Shown one piece after another: positions 30,848 to 39,495 of a stretch of 64,000 nucleotides of DNA. The notes below the pieces were generated by a model that had not been told where the DNA came from, searched no databases, and worked only from the letters and a program-made list of their open reading frames with translations. This DNA comes from Rhizobium sp. Q54 (GTDB lineage Bacteria > Pseudomonadota > Alphaproteobacteria > Rhizobiales > Beijerinckiaceae): assembly GCA_945878875.1 (NCBI GenBank), contig CAMCUC010000003.1:9516-73515 (forward strand), in the 5' to 3' direction. Each line of letters begins with the position of its first letter. Positions within the stretch are counted from its first letter, which is position 1. Made by a program: the position numbers and the translations under genes.

Positions 30848-31200
30848 GCGATTCCGGCAAGCGCGGCCAAGCCCCGGACGCAGACCTCTGCGCCTATCTT
30901 GACGATGAATGCGGCCCGGGCCAGCGCCGCCGCGCCGACAGCGCGCTGACGCAAGACCCCACCCTCGCCCGCAAGCTGGCCGTCTGGCGGCGCAACGATT
31001 CCACTTTGCGCGCAGCCTTCAGCGCCCACCCCTCGCAAGCGCGCGCGCCAAACTCAACAAATCCGCCAATCGGACCACTGGAGATCAGCGGCGCAGGCAC
31101 GCAAAAGCGGCGGATGGATTTAGCGATTGCAGCCGCCTTTCTGGCGGGCGCACTGTCGGCAGGCGGCGCGTTCGTAGTTGTAAACCTGATCGTAAACTAG
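30844..31200 (+). CDS. Short anti-sigma-like membrane protein
   Basis: 4-bp overlap with the sigma-like gene; DLCAYLDDE...RRRADSAL..DP.LA anti-sigma N-terminal pattern; ends right after one TM helix. Confidence 0.6.
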   Translation: MSDSGKRGQAPDADLCAYLDDECGPGQRRRADSALTQDPTLARKLAVWRRNDSTLRAAFSAHPSQARAPNSTNPPIGPLEISGAGTQKRRMDLAIAAAFLAGALSAGGAFVVVNLIVN

Positions 31201-31299
31201 GGGCAGGCTTTACCCCGCCTGAAAACAATGAGAACGTCAGTTGTATTAGCGGCAGATTCGCCACGAAAAATATCGTTAAACGCTTAATTCTGGACTTTC

Positions 31300-31887
31300 A
31301 TGCGCCGCCCGATCCGCCCGTTCACCGTTGAAACAAAAAAAGGCATCCGCCGCGCTGACAAGGCCGAGGGGACCCCGACGCCTTTTCTGGAGCTGGAGCC
31401 CGAACCTGTCGCCGAACGCCGACGCAGCACGCCGCAAATGAAGGCCGCGCAAGCCTTGTTCGACAAGCCCGCGCCTGCCTCCGCCCAGCCAGGCGCTCCC
31501 GAAGCTGGCGCCCGCATTTTGCGTAGCCTCATTGATCCGCCGACGGTTTTGCCGGTCTGTGACGATTTTCCCGGTGAAGCCGTGCGGCCCGGCCGCAAGC
31601 CCGGCTCCAAAAACAAACCGCGCGAGGGGGTCTTGCCCAAAAATCGCGAGCGCCCGCTCTGGCCCGATTTCATGACGAATGGCGACGCAGGCGCGCCCGA
31701 AGCCACGAGCGCGTCCGAAGCCGTTTACGAGCCATCGGCCATATTGACCGCAACGCCGCTGCAATTAACCAGCTTGCTCCGCAAGGGCCGCCTCGCGCGC
31801 GATCAATTTCCGCGCGGTGAGCGCTGGAAGGCGCGGCTGCCGCGTTTTGCGCGCGGCGCCAGCTCGTTCAAACGAGTTCAACGGTGA
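31300..31887 (+). CDS. Hypothetical protein (RPIRPFTVE N-motif, RGERWKARLP C-motif)
   Basis: Terminal motifs recalled from a Hyphomicrobiales hypothetical family; low-complexity middle. Confidence 0.6.
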   Translation: MRRPIRPFTVETKKGIRRADKAEGTPTPFLELEPEPVAERRRSTPQMKAAQALFDKPAPASAQPGAPEAGARILRSLIDPPTVLPVCDDFPGEAVRPGRKPGSKNKPREGVLPKNRERPLWPDFMTNGDAGAPEATSASEAVYEPSAILTATPLQLTSLLRKGRLARDQFPRGERWKARLPRFARGASSFKRVQR

Positions 31888-33052
31888 TCGGATTGTAGGA
31901 ATACAGCCATGTGTTGCGATCGGCGCCCTCGTCCCGCTTTGAGAACGCGGCGCGGATTTCAGCCTGCGACTTGAGGTGAAATAATTCCCGGTTGGCGGTG
32001 GACTGGCGCACGATTCGCGCTGTGCGGTCGATGCGGTTGCGCTGATAAATTTGCAGGCATTCGGACACGTCGTCGGACATGCCCATCGCGCGCGCCAGCA
32101 CCGCTCCATCTTCAATCGACATCGCCGCGCCCTGCGCCAGATAGGGCAGCGTGGGATGGCAGGAATCGCCCAGCAGCGTGACGCGCTTTGTGCTCCAGTT
32201 CATCAAAGGCTCGCGGCGGAACAGCGACCAGCGATAGCACATATCCTTGTCCGCAGTGTCGATGATGGTCTGGATCATCGGATGCCAGCCGGCATAATCG
32301 GCTTTCAGGGCTTCCCAGGGGAACTTCATCGTCCACGATTCTTCCGAAGGCTCGTCCTTTTCGACAAGCCCCACGAAATTGAACAATGAGCCGCCGCGCA
32401 GGTAATAGGCGACCACATGGCCGCCCGGCCCCATGAACACCGACATCACCTGTTCCATCAGCCCCTTGGGCAGACGCTCCGTCGGGATCACCAGACGCCA
32501 TGCGGCGTCGCCGGTGTAGACGGGATTGGATCCGCCCGACATCTGGTTGCGCACGACCGATTTGATGCCGTCTGAACCCACGAGCACGTCGCCGCGCGCA
32601 ACGCTGCCATCGGTGAAATGCACTTCGACGCCGTTCTCGTTCTCCACATAGCCGGTCGCGCGCTTGTTGAGACGCACGACGTCGGGGCGCATTTCCTGCG
32701 CCTTGCTGGCCAATATGTTGTGGAAATCAGCGCGATGCATTTGCGTATAGGGCGCGCCGTTTTTCTGCTCATGGTCTTCCGCCAGCGAGAAGCGCTGAAT
32801 CACTTCGCCCGTGTCGTGCAGGCGGAACACGTAGGCGCCGGGGCGCACGCCAAGCCGGTCGATTTCGGGACCAAGCCCAAGATCGCGCAGGACATGCTGG
32901 GCGTTGGCGCTGATCTGGATGCCGGCGCCGATCTCGCCCAATTGCGCCGCCTGCTCGTAAACCTCGACCTCGTGGCCAGCTTTCATCAGGCACGAGGCGG
33001 CGGAAAGTCCACCAAGGCCGGCGCCGGTGATGATGATCTTGCGCTTTGTCAT
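31868..33052 (-). CDS. FAD-dependent monooxygenase (salicylate / 3-hydroxybenzoate 6-hydroxylase-like, class A)
   Basis: GAGLGG (GxGxxG), GAGIQI, GSDGIKS, LLGDSCHPTLPYLAQGAAMSIEDG; GAGGA RBS. Confidence 0.9.
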   Translation of the reverse strand: MTKRKIIITGAGLGGLSAASCLMKAGHEVEVYEQAAQLGEIGAGIQISANAQHVLRDLGLGPEIDRLGVRPGAYVFRLHDTGEVIQRFSLAEDHEQKNGAPYTQMHRADFHNILASKAQEMRPDVVRLNKRATGYVENENGVEVHFTDGSVARGDVLVGSDGIKSVVRNQMSGGSNPVYTGDAAWRLVIPTERLPKGLMEQVMSVFMGPGGHVVAYYLRGGSLFNFVGLVEKDEPSEESWTMKFPWEALKADYAGWHPMIQTIIDTADKDMCYRWSLFRREPLMNWSTKRVTLLGDSCHPTLPYLAQGAAMSIEDGAVLARAMGMSDDVSECLQIYQRNRIDRTARIVRQSTANRELFHLKSQAEIRAAFSKRDEGADRNTWLYSYNPITVELV

Positions 33053-33157
33053 TGGTCGAGTCCTCAAGTTTGGCGCCGGGTTCAGGCTGCGCAAAGACGC
33101 ATTTTAGCGTCTACTCCGCTCTCCCGCTTGTAGATTTTATTGTGTCAAATTCATGCG

Positions 33158-34126
33158 TTACATGCCCTTGCGCGGATCGTAGGGCTTGTCGGCGCGCCAG
33201 CGTTTCATCAGCGCCTCAAATTCCGGGTCCATAGCCTCGGGCAGCGCGATGCGCGGGGTCACGAACAGATCGCCCGCAGCCTTGTCGCCCGATTTTGGCA
33301 AGCCCTTGCCGCGCAGGCGCAACGTCTTGCCCGCAGATCCGGGCGGCAGCGACAATTCCACCAGCCCGTCGAGCGTGGGCGCCTGCACGCCGCCACCCAA
33401 AGCCGCCTCGTAGAGCGTCACCGGCAGATCAAGCCGCAGGTCGCGACCATCCACCTTGAACGCCGGATGGGGCGCGATTTCGATAGTCAAAATCACGTCT
33501 CCGGGGCGCCCGCCCATGGCGGAGGGCTGGCCCTGCCCGCGGAGGCGGATTTGCTGGCCAGCCTCGACGCCAGCAGGAATCTTCACGTCCAGCGTTCGGC
33601 CCGTGGGCAAAGTGACGCGCGCCTCGCCGCCCTTGACCGCCCGCTGCAGCGGCACGGTGACGACCGCCGTCAAATCCTCGCCTTGAGCTGGAGGATTGGC
33701 GCCGGGACGCGTGCGCCGTCCACCGCCAAACAGATCGGCGAAAATATCGGAAGGATCGAACCCGCCCGCATTGCGCCCGCCCGGAGCGCCCGCCTCGAAC
33801 TCGAAATTGCGCCAATTTGCGCCGGCTCCAGCTCCTGCGCCCGCTCCCGTGGGCCGCCCGCCGGGGCGCGCACCGCCAAAGCCCTCGAACCCGCGCGGCC
33901 TGCCGTCGGCGTCAATCTCGCCGCGATCAAATTTGCCGCGCTTTTCGGCATCGCCCAGAACTTCGTAGGCGGTGTTGATTTCAGAGAACTTGTCCTTGGC
34001 CTTCGGGTCGCTCGTGTTCTGGTCGGGATGGAGCTTTTTGGCCAACCTGCGATAAGCCTTCTTGACGTCGTCCGCCGAGGCCGATTTAGAAATTCCCAGA
34101 ACGCTGTAAGGATCGCGTGTCGCCAT
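33158..34126 (-). CDS. DnaJ-class co-chaperone lacking the zinc finger (CbpA-like)
   Basis: DPYSVLG, LHPD, G/F-rich linker, C-terminal GQQIRLRGQG and LRLRGKG. Confidence 0.92.
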   Translation of the reverse strand: MATRDPYSVLGISKSASADDVKKAYRRLAKKLHPDQNTSDPKAKDKFSEINTAYEVLGDAEKRGKFDRGEIDADGRPRGFEGFGGARPGGRPTGAGAGAGAGANWRNFEFEAGAPGGRNAGGFDPSDIFADLFGGGRRTRPGANPPAQGEDLTAVVTVPLQRAVKGGEARVTLPTGRTLDVKIPAGVEAGQQIRLRGQGQPSAMGGRPGDVILTIEIAPHPAFKVDGRDLRLDLPVTLYEAALGGGVQAPTLDGLVELSLPPGSAGKTLRLRGKGLPKSGDKAAGDLFVTPRIALPEAMDPEFEALMKRWRADKPYDPRKGM

Positions 34127-34280
34127 AATGTATCCGGTCCCGCAGCCGCCCGGCAAGGCGCGGCCGCATGTGTCTCGATGAAACTCGTGTCTGTTCCCAT
34201 TTGGGGAGGTTCGCGCGCTGTTGCAATTGATTTCGCGCACAAGCAGGAGTGGACGAAAGCGTGACCAGACGCAAATTCCT

Positions 34281-34790
34281 CTAGCCGGCGCGGCCAACCC
34301 ACGGCTTCACGTCGCCAAGAACCCACTCGCCAGCCTTGTCGCGGCAGGCGGTTCCCTGAAGCGAACGGGCGGGCGCCGCGCCGCCAATTTCAGCCAGAAA
34401 GGCGCGGCAGATCTTGTCGTCCACCGGCTTGGCGTCTGCCACCGGCGTAAACGCGCCGCGCGCGCGCGAGCGGGGATTGTCCCACGACACCGGCGCCCCG
34501 TTGCCTTGCGGATCAAGCGCCAGCCCCATAGCGCCCTTCGCGCGCCGCCAATCCTCCTGATCGAGGAATGGCGATAACGCCGCCGAAGGCGGCGGAATGG
34601 ATCCGGTCACGTCGTTAGCCGTCCCTATGCCCATAAAAGAAGGCAGCGGAATTGCAGTCGCGCAACCGCCCGCGGCCACTATCATCGCCAGCGCGCAAAG
34701 GCGGGCGCCTCCCGCGACAAGGCGGCGCGGGCGTCCTATATTGCGCAAAATGGTTTGACGGCGCTCAGGCAAAGTGTGACTCACGGTCAT
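34281..34790 (-). CDS. RT0821/Lpp0805-like (17-kDa antigen-like) lipoprotein
   Basis: Lipobox-like AGGC; DVTGSI; W.NP.S.ARG.F...CRAF...LQGTACR. Confidence 0.8.
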   Translation of the reverse strand: MTVSHTLPERRQTILRNIGRPRRLVAGGARLCALAMIVAAGGCATAIPLPSFMGIGTANDVTGSIPPPSAALSPFLDQEDWRRAKGAMGLALDPQGNGAPVSWDNPRSRARGAFTPVADAKPVDDKICRAFLAEIGGAAPARSLQGTACRDKAGEWVLGDVKPWVGRAG

Positions 34791-34818
34791 CGGCGGGCTG
34801 CAATCATCAGCAAACTGG

Positions 34819-35442
34819 ATGAAAGCATTGAATCAGTTAACACAAAGTGACTTCACCGAGACAACGCAGCCCTTCGCGCTGTTCGACGAATGGTTTGCGC
34901 AGGCCCGCGAGAAGGAAATCAACGACCCGTCCGCCATGGCGCTCGCCACGGTGGACAGCGACGGATTGCCTAACGTGCGCATGGTGCTCATGAAAGAGCA
35001 CGACGAGCGCGGCTTTGTGTTCTACACCAACCGCCAGAGCGCCAAAGGCTGCGAGCTGGACGTCAGCTGGCGGGCGGCGATCAATTTTCACTGGAAATCT
35101 CTGCGCCGTCAGGTGCGCGTGCGCGGCATCGTCGAGGAAGTGACAGCAGCCGAATCAGACGCATATTTTGCCTCGCGCCCGCGCGACGCACGAATCGGCG
35201 CCTGGGCGAGCGAGCAATCGCGCGCGCTTGAATCGCGTTTTGCTTTTGAAAAAGCCATTGCGGCGACCGCTTTAAAATATCCGGTTGGCGACGTTCCCCG
35301 CCCGCCCCACTGGATCGGCTATCGCATTCGCCCGGTGGAAATGGAATTCTGGCACGACCGGCCCTACCGCCTGCACGACCGCGTGGTGTTTCGCAGGCCG
35401 GAGCCGGAGGGCGGCTGGACCCGGCATCGTCTGTTTCCGTGA
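34819..35442 (+). CDS. pdxH: Pyridoxamine 5'-phosphate oxidase
   Basis: [48 protein letters not shown]. Confidence 0.96.
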   Translation: MKALNQLTQSDFTETTQPFALFDEWFAQAREKEINDPSAMALATVDSDGLPNVRMVLMKEHDERGFVFYTNRQSAKGCELDVSWRAAINFHWKSLRRQVRVRGIVEEVTAAESDAYFASRPRDARIGAWASEQSRALESRFAFEKAIAATALKYPVGDVPRPPHWIGYRIRPVEMEFWHDRPYRLHDRVVFRRPEPEGGWTRHRLFP

Positions 35443-35461
35443 CTTAAGCACGAAGCGGCTG

Positions 35462-35935
35462 TTACCCGGCCGTCTTCACGCGCACGATGACGTCGGCGCT
35501 CAGAATCGTCATGCCCTGCGGCGCGTCCGGCATCTTCACAAGACTCAACATCTCTTCCGGGATGTCGAGCAATTGGTCGCGATCCTCATCATAGAAGTGA
35601 TAATGGGGACCGATATTGGTGTCATACCAGATGCGCGAGCCATAGACGGCGATCTCGCGCAGGAGGCCCGCGTCCGAAAACTGCCGCAGCGTGTTGTAGA
35701 CGGTGGCCAGAGACAGCGCGGTATTGCAATTGCGCGCTTCCTCATAAAGATTTTCGGCGGTGACGTGCCGCTCGCCCTTGCCATACAGCAGCCAGCCGAG
35801 CGCCATGCGCTGGCGCGTGGGGCGAAGGCCCGACGATTGCAACCGCTCATGCACATTGCGGAACGAGCAGCCGCCGCCTTCAACGAGCATTCTCGTCGCC
35901 GCAGCCTGTTGCGCAAAGGCGGTCGATCTCGTCAT
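35462..35935 (-). CDS. irr: Fur-family iron response regulator (Irr-like, variant heme motif)
   Basis: GLRPTRQRMALGWLL, RHVTAENL, SLATVYNTLRQF, YDTN; HYH instead of HHH. Confidence 0.8.
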   Translation of the reverse strand: MTRSTAFAQQAAATRMLVEGGGCSFRNVHERLQSSGLRPTRQRMALGWLLYGKGERHVTAENLYEEARNCNTALSLATVYNTLRQFSDAGLLREIAVYGSRIWYDTNIGPHYHFYDEDRDQLLDIPEEMLSLVKMPDAPQGMTILSADVIVRVKTAG

Positions 35936-36045
35936 TGCCGCAGCCTCCAGAATTTATTCTTGAACCCCAACAGAAAGCCTGTTGCGATCTATTCTCATCT
36001 ATGTCGTTCTGTAATACAGCTTGCGCGCGATTGGCGCAAGGCGCC

Positions 36046-36059
36046 TTGATTAAGGTCAA
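36046..36059. promoter_or_regulatory. FNR/FixK-type box TTGAT-TAAG-GTCAA
   Basis: One mismatch to TTGAT-N4-ATCAA, in the divergent irr / NUDIX intergenic region. Confidence 0.6.
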
Positions 36060-36148
36060 GAGTCCGGCACGCCACCAGATAACGAGCCGCCTATCGCGCC
36101 GGACCGGGGAAATGCTAGCGTGCCGTGAAGATGGATTCAGTCCCCAGC

Positions 36149-36601
36149 ATGACGCAAACCGATCCCGATAGCCGCGACTACCCCGCCCGCCCAATTTTAT
36201 GCGCCAGCGCAGCGGTTTTTCGCGCTGGATGCGTATTGCTGGGCGCGCGCCGTAATCCGCCCTACGACCAGATTTTCAGCCTGCCGGGCGGATTGGTGGA
36301 AACCGGCGAATCGCTGGAAGCAGCGGCCCTGCGCGAGCTGGCCGAAGAGACGGGCGTCATTGCGCAGATCGTCGCCTTCAACGGCTGGCGCGAGGTCATC
36401 GCCCATGACGAGGCCGGACGCGTGAAGCGTCATTACGTCATCGCCTCGTTCGTTGCCCGCTGGCTCAGCGGCGAGGGCGAGGCGGGAGAGGAATTGAGCC
36501 GGCTGATCTGGGCGAACGAATTGCAGGCCCGCGACCTGCCGCTGACCGACGGCCTGCCCGCCCTTTTGGCGAGCGCCCGCGTACTGATCGCAAAAACATG
36601 A
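36149..36601 (+). CDS. NUDIX hydrolase
   Basis: Nudix box PGGLVETGESLEAAALRELAEETG; start 36149 or 36125. Confidence 0.9.
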   Translation: MTQTDPDSRDYPARPILCASAAVFRAGCVLLGARRNPPYDQIFSLPGGLVETGESLEAAALRELAEETGVIAQIVAFNGWREVIAHDEAGRVKRHYVIASFVARWLSGEGEAGEELSRLIWANELQARDLPLTDGLPALLASARVLIAKT

Positions 36602-37077
36602 GCGCAAAACGTTTTCCCTCGATGATGGGCGCGCTGGCCATGACGCTGACATTGGTTATGACGCTGGCATTGGGCGCCAACGCGTTCGCGCAGCCTGCAC
36701 AACAGCCCCGTCGCGCGGCGCCGGCTCCTGCCGAAATCCCTGCTCCGGCGTCGCTGGAGACTCCGCCGCCCTATGAGCGGCAATTGCTGCGCCTCTCCGA
36801 GATTCTGGGCGCGCTGGAATGGCTCACCTCGGTTTGCGGCGAGGATTCGGCCGCCAAATCCAGAGGGCAATGGCGCGCCCGCATGGCCGCACTGATTGAG
36901 AGCGAAGGTGCCACAACGCAGCGGCGCGATCGGTTGGCGGGCGGCTATAATCGCGGCTATCGGGGGTATGAGGCCACCTATCGCGCCTGCACGCCCAACG
37001 CGCGCCTCGTCATCACCCGCTTTCTGGACGAGGGCGGACAGATAGCCCGCGACATCGGCAATCGCTACACTGATTGA
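36598..37077 (+). CDS. TIGR02301-like exported protein
   Basis: Signal peptide; PPYERQLLRLSEILGAL..C..WRARM.ALIE.E...YNRGYRGY..YR.CTP. Confidence 0.85.
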   Translation: MSAKRFPSMMGALAMTLTLVMTLALGANAFAQPAQQPRRAAPAPAEIPAPASLETPPPYERQLLRLSEILGALEWLTSVCGEDSAAKSRGQWRARMAALIESEGATTQRRDRLAGGYNRGYRGYEATYRACTPNARLVITRFLDEGGQIARDIGNRYTD

Positions 37078-37152
37078 GCGTTAACTTTTCCCGGTTAACC
37101 TTTCCTTCACGGATTGGTCGCGCAAGCCAGACCTTTTGAATAGGGTCCGCTC

Positions 37153-37404
37153 ATGACGACGAACCTCCTCACCGACGAATTCATGGCCGCCGAAGAGCGC
37201 CGCGAAGCTGTAGCCTACGTGATCGAAGCGTTCACGGAAGCAATGCTGGCCGGCATCGACGGCGACAGCCTCGCCTATGCCGCGCTGGAAGCCGCCCTGC
37301 AGGAACTTGTGGGCGCCCACGGCGAAGACGCCATTGCGCGCATCGTGGAGGAATTGCCGCTGCGCATTCGCCACGGCGAGTTCTCGTTCGCCAGCAGACA
37401 TTAG
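37153..37404 (+). CDS. Small conserved hypothetical protein
   Basis: Helical 83-aa ORF (EAFTEAMLAGIDGDSLAYAAL...IRHGEFS), recalled as a Rhizobiales family. Confidence 0.7.
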   Translation: MTTNLLTDEFMAAEERREAVAYVIEAFTEAMLAGIDGDSLAYAALEAALQELVGAHGEDAIARIVEELPLRIRHGEFSFASRH

Positions 37405-37460
37405 AATTGGTGGTTCGGGTTTGAGCTTGCGCGCCGAACCCGGGCGCGCTCAAATCGCAA

Positions 37461-37973
37461 ATGGCCAAAAAGCCCACGCCCGTTAGCGAGACGATCTCAG
37501 CCCCCTCAACCGATGTGCGCGCTTTGCCGCCGCGCGTACAGGAGATGCGCGAGGCGATTCTGGCCGCCGTGCAGGCGCGCGACATTGAGGCGCTGCGCCC
37601 GGCTATCGAGCGCAACGAAACCCTGCCAATTTTCGCCAGCGGACCACAGCGCCCCAAAACATTCGCGCAAGCCGTGAATTTTCTGAGATCGCGCTCGCAG
37701 GACAAAAAAGGCGCCGAAATTCTGCACGTATTGGAGGCGATCTTCGCGCAACCTTACGTAAAGAGCGCGCGCGGCCAATCTGTGACCTATGTCTGGCCCG
37801 CCTTCACGCTAACGCAAAAAGCGCCTGCGACAGAGGAAGAATTAGCCCAGCAATGGCGTTGCGTAATGTTTTCCAGCCTGGCCGGCAATCTGGACAAGCC
37901 GGTCGCCGTGCAACGCATTGGCATCGGCGCCGATGGAACGTGGCATTATTTTTGGGGCGGGTTGGGGGAATAG
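37461..37973 (+). CDS. Conserved hypothetical protein
   Basis: VQEMREAILAA, YVWP, GIGADGTWHYF pattern. Confidence 0.7.
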   Translation: MAKKPTPVSETISAPSTDVRALPPRVQEMREAILAAVQARDIEALRPAIERNETLPIFASGPQRPKTFAQAVNFLRSRSQDKKGAEILHVLEAIFAQPYVKSARGQSVTYVWPAFTLTQKAPATEEELAQQWRCVMFSSLAGNLDKPVAVQRIGIGADGTWHYFWGGLGE

Positions 37974-38036
37974 GGAGTGGGCAGCAGGAAGTAGCCAGGG
38001 GTATTCTTGCTCCCTATCGCCTATCGCCCACTCCCC
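37967..38036. repeat. Second, degenerate heptamer-built inverted-repeat element
   Basis: GGAATAG-GGAGTGG-GCAGCAG-GAAGTAG ... CTATCGC-CTATCGC-CCACTCC. Confidence 0.65.
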
Positions 38037-38063
38037 CCGCCCCACAAATCTTTCCCTTCCGCC

Positions 38064-38092
38064 CTTTCACAAAACCCTGCGACCGCCTATAT
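38064..38092 (+). promoter_or_regulatory. Putative sigma70 promoter of ssrA (-10 CTATAT)
   Basis: CGCCTATATT just upstream of the tmRNA; weak -35. Confidence 0.4.
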
Positions 38093-38118
38093 TCGGTTTG
38101 TCTTCGCAAGAAGACTAT

Positions 38119-38386
38119 GGCGATAAACGGACATCGTAATAAACCATCCGGACCCGGGGGCGGTACCCGGCGCCTCCACCCCAGCCCGCGCGCGTCGCGG
38201 GTTGCGGCGGGGGCGAAACAGGATCGACGGGGGTGTAAAAGGTGGTCTTTTGCCCGGCATGATACCGCCGTTATCGGGTCAATCCTATAGTTGCCAATGA
38301 CAACTATGCTCCGGTCGCCGTCGCCGCTTAAGCAGCGCCGTCACCGGGAATCAAGTCCTGTTGGTTAGCACTTTCAGGCGGGGCTC
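38119..38386 (+). ncRNA. ssrA: Two-piece (circularly permuted) tmRNA; tag ANDNYAPVAVAA
   Basis: T-arm/acceptor 3' part CCGGGGGCGGTACCCGGCGCCTCCACC (to 38180) precedes the 5' GGGGGCG (38209) with a G3:U pair; tag ORF GCC AAT GAC AAC...GCT TAA at 38293-38331; followed by sspB. Ends approximate. Confidence 0.93.
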
Positions 38387-38420
38387 GGAGGCGCCTGGCA
38401 ACAGAAGCCTCCACTTTTTT
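38387..38420 (+). terminator. ssrA terminator
   Basis: GGAGGC...GCCTCC stem followed by ACTTTTTT. Confidence 0.6.
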
Positions 38421-39024
38421 GAGTCACGACGCTTCTTCCGGATCCCACATGCAGCACGCCATTCGTTACGATCTTCTGGTTCAGGACGCTCTGCGGGGCA
38501 TGGTGCGGGATTTGATGTCGAAGGCCGCCCGCGAGGGGTTGCCGGGCGACCATCATTTCTTCGTGACGTTCAAGACTCATGCGCCGGGCGTGCAATTGTC
38601 GTCGCGCATGAAGGCGCAATACCCCGAAGAGATCACCATCGTTCTGCAGCACCAGTTCTGGGACCTCATCGTCTCGGAGCGCCAGTTCGAGGTCGGACTT
38701 TCGTTCTCCAACATTCCTGAACGCCTCGTCGTGCCGTTTTCGGCGCTGACCGGTTTTCATGATCCTTCCGTTCCCTTCACTATGAAGTTTGAACCCAAGG
38801 AAGAGGATTTGCAGGCGCTGGAGCCTGTGCGCGCGGGTCCGCGCGACGTGGCGGCAGGCCCGGTTCCAAAAGTTGCGCCGCGCATGGCGCAGGAGAAAAT
38901 CGCAGCCGAAAAGCCGGCGCTTCAGGCTGTCCAGGAGCCTGCCGGGGGCGAGACGAAACCGGCCGATGGCGAGCAGAGCGCGACCAAGGTCGTCTCCATC
39001 GACGCCTTCCGCAAAAAGCCCTGA
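38419..39024 (+). CDS. sspB: ClpXP specificity factor SspB (alphaproteobacterial type)
   Basis: IRYDLLVQDALRG, GLPGDHHFFVTF, YPEEITIVLQHQFW, C-terminal VVSIDAFRKK; start may be 38449. Confidence 0.9.
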   Translation: MSHDASSGSHMQHAIRYDLLVQDALRGMVRDLMSKAAREGLPGDHHFFVTFKTHAPGVQLSSRMKAQYPEEITIVLQHQFWDLIVSERQFEVGLSFSNIPERLVVPFSALTGFHDPSVPFTMKFEPKEEDLQALEPVRAGPRDVAAGPVPKVAPRMAQEKIAAEKPALQAVQEPAGGETKPADGEQSATKVVSIDAFRKKP

Positions 39025-39026
39025 GA

Positions 39027-39236
39027 ATGGGCGAGATCGTCAACCTGCGTCGCGCCCGCAAAGACCGCGCGCGCACGCAGGCGAGCGAACAGGCGCAGAT
39101 CAACCGCGCTGCTTTTGGCCGTACAAAGACCGAGCGCAGAACAAGCGCCGCATTCAGCGAGCTTGAGGCGCGCCGCATCGACGGCCACAAGCGCGAACTG
39201 ACCGAAGATGTTTCCATAAACAAAAATGAGCCCTGA
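39027..39236 (+). CDS. DUF4169-like small protein
   Basis: MGEIVNLRRARK...NRAAFGRTKTE. Confidence 0.85.
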   Translation: MGEIVNLRRARKDRARTQASEQAQINRAAFGRTKTERRTSAAFSELEARRIDGHKRELTEDVSINKNEP

Positions 39237-39495
39237 TCCGCAAGCGCAAATTGAAGCCGGCCTGGGCGCGCAAAGCGCGGCTGATCCCACGCGCATGCGC
39301 AAACACTCGCTCGTCATCGCCGGACATCGCACCTCGATTTCGCTGGAAGACGCGTTCTGGTTCGCTCTGCGCGACATTGCTCAGGCGCGCGGCATTCCGT
39401 TGGCGCGGCTGGCGGCGGAGATCGACGCAAAGCGTGGAGAGGGTAATCTTTCCTCTGCGATCCGCGTGTTCGTGCTGAGTACGCTGCGTCGCTAG
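39226..39495 (+). CDS. Ribbon-helix-helix domain protein
   Basis: KHSLVIAGHRTSISLEDAFWFAL...NLSSAIRVFVL. Confidence 0.88.
   Translation: MSPDPQAQIEAGLGAQSAADPTRMRKHSLVIAGHRTSISLEDAFWFALRDIAQARGIPLARLAAEIDAKRGEGNLSSAIRVFVLSTLRR

Noticed and set aside
37081-37098. CtrA site TTAA...TTAA upstream of ORF 37153
   Set aside because: The half-sites are 10 nt apart, not 7; at most isolated half-sites.
38119-39024. tmRNA as integration site for a prophage or island
   Set aside because: sspB follows directly; no integrase and no duplicated tmRNA 3' end elsewhere in the window.
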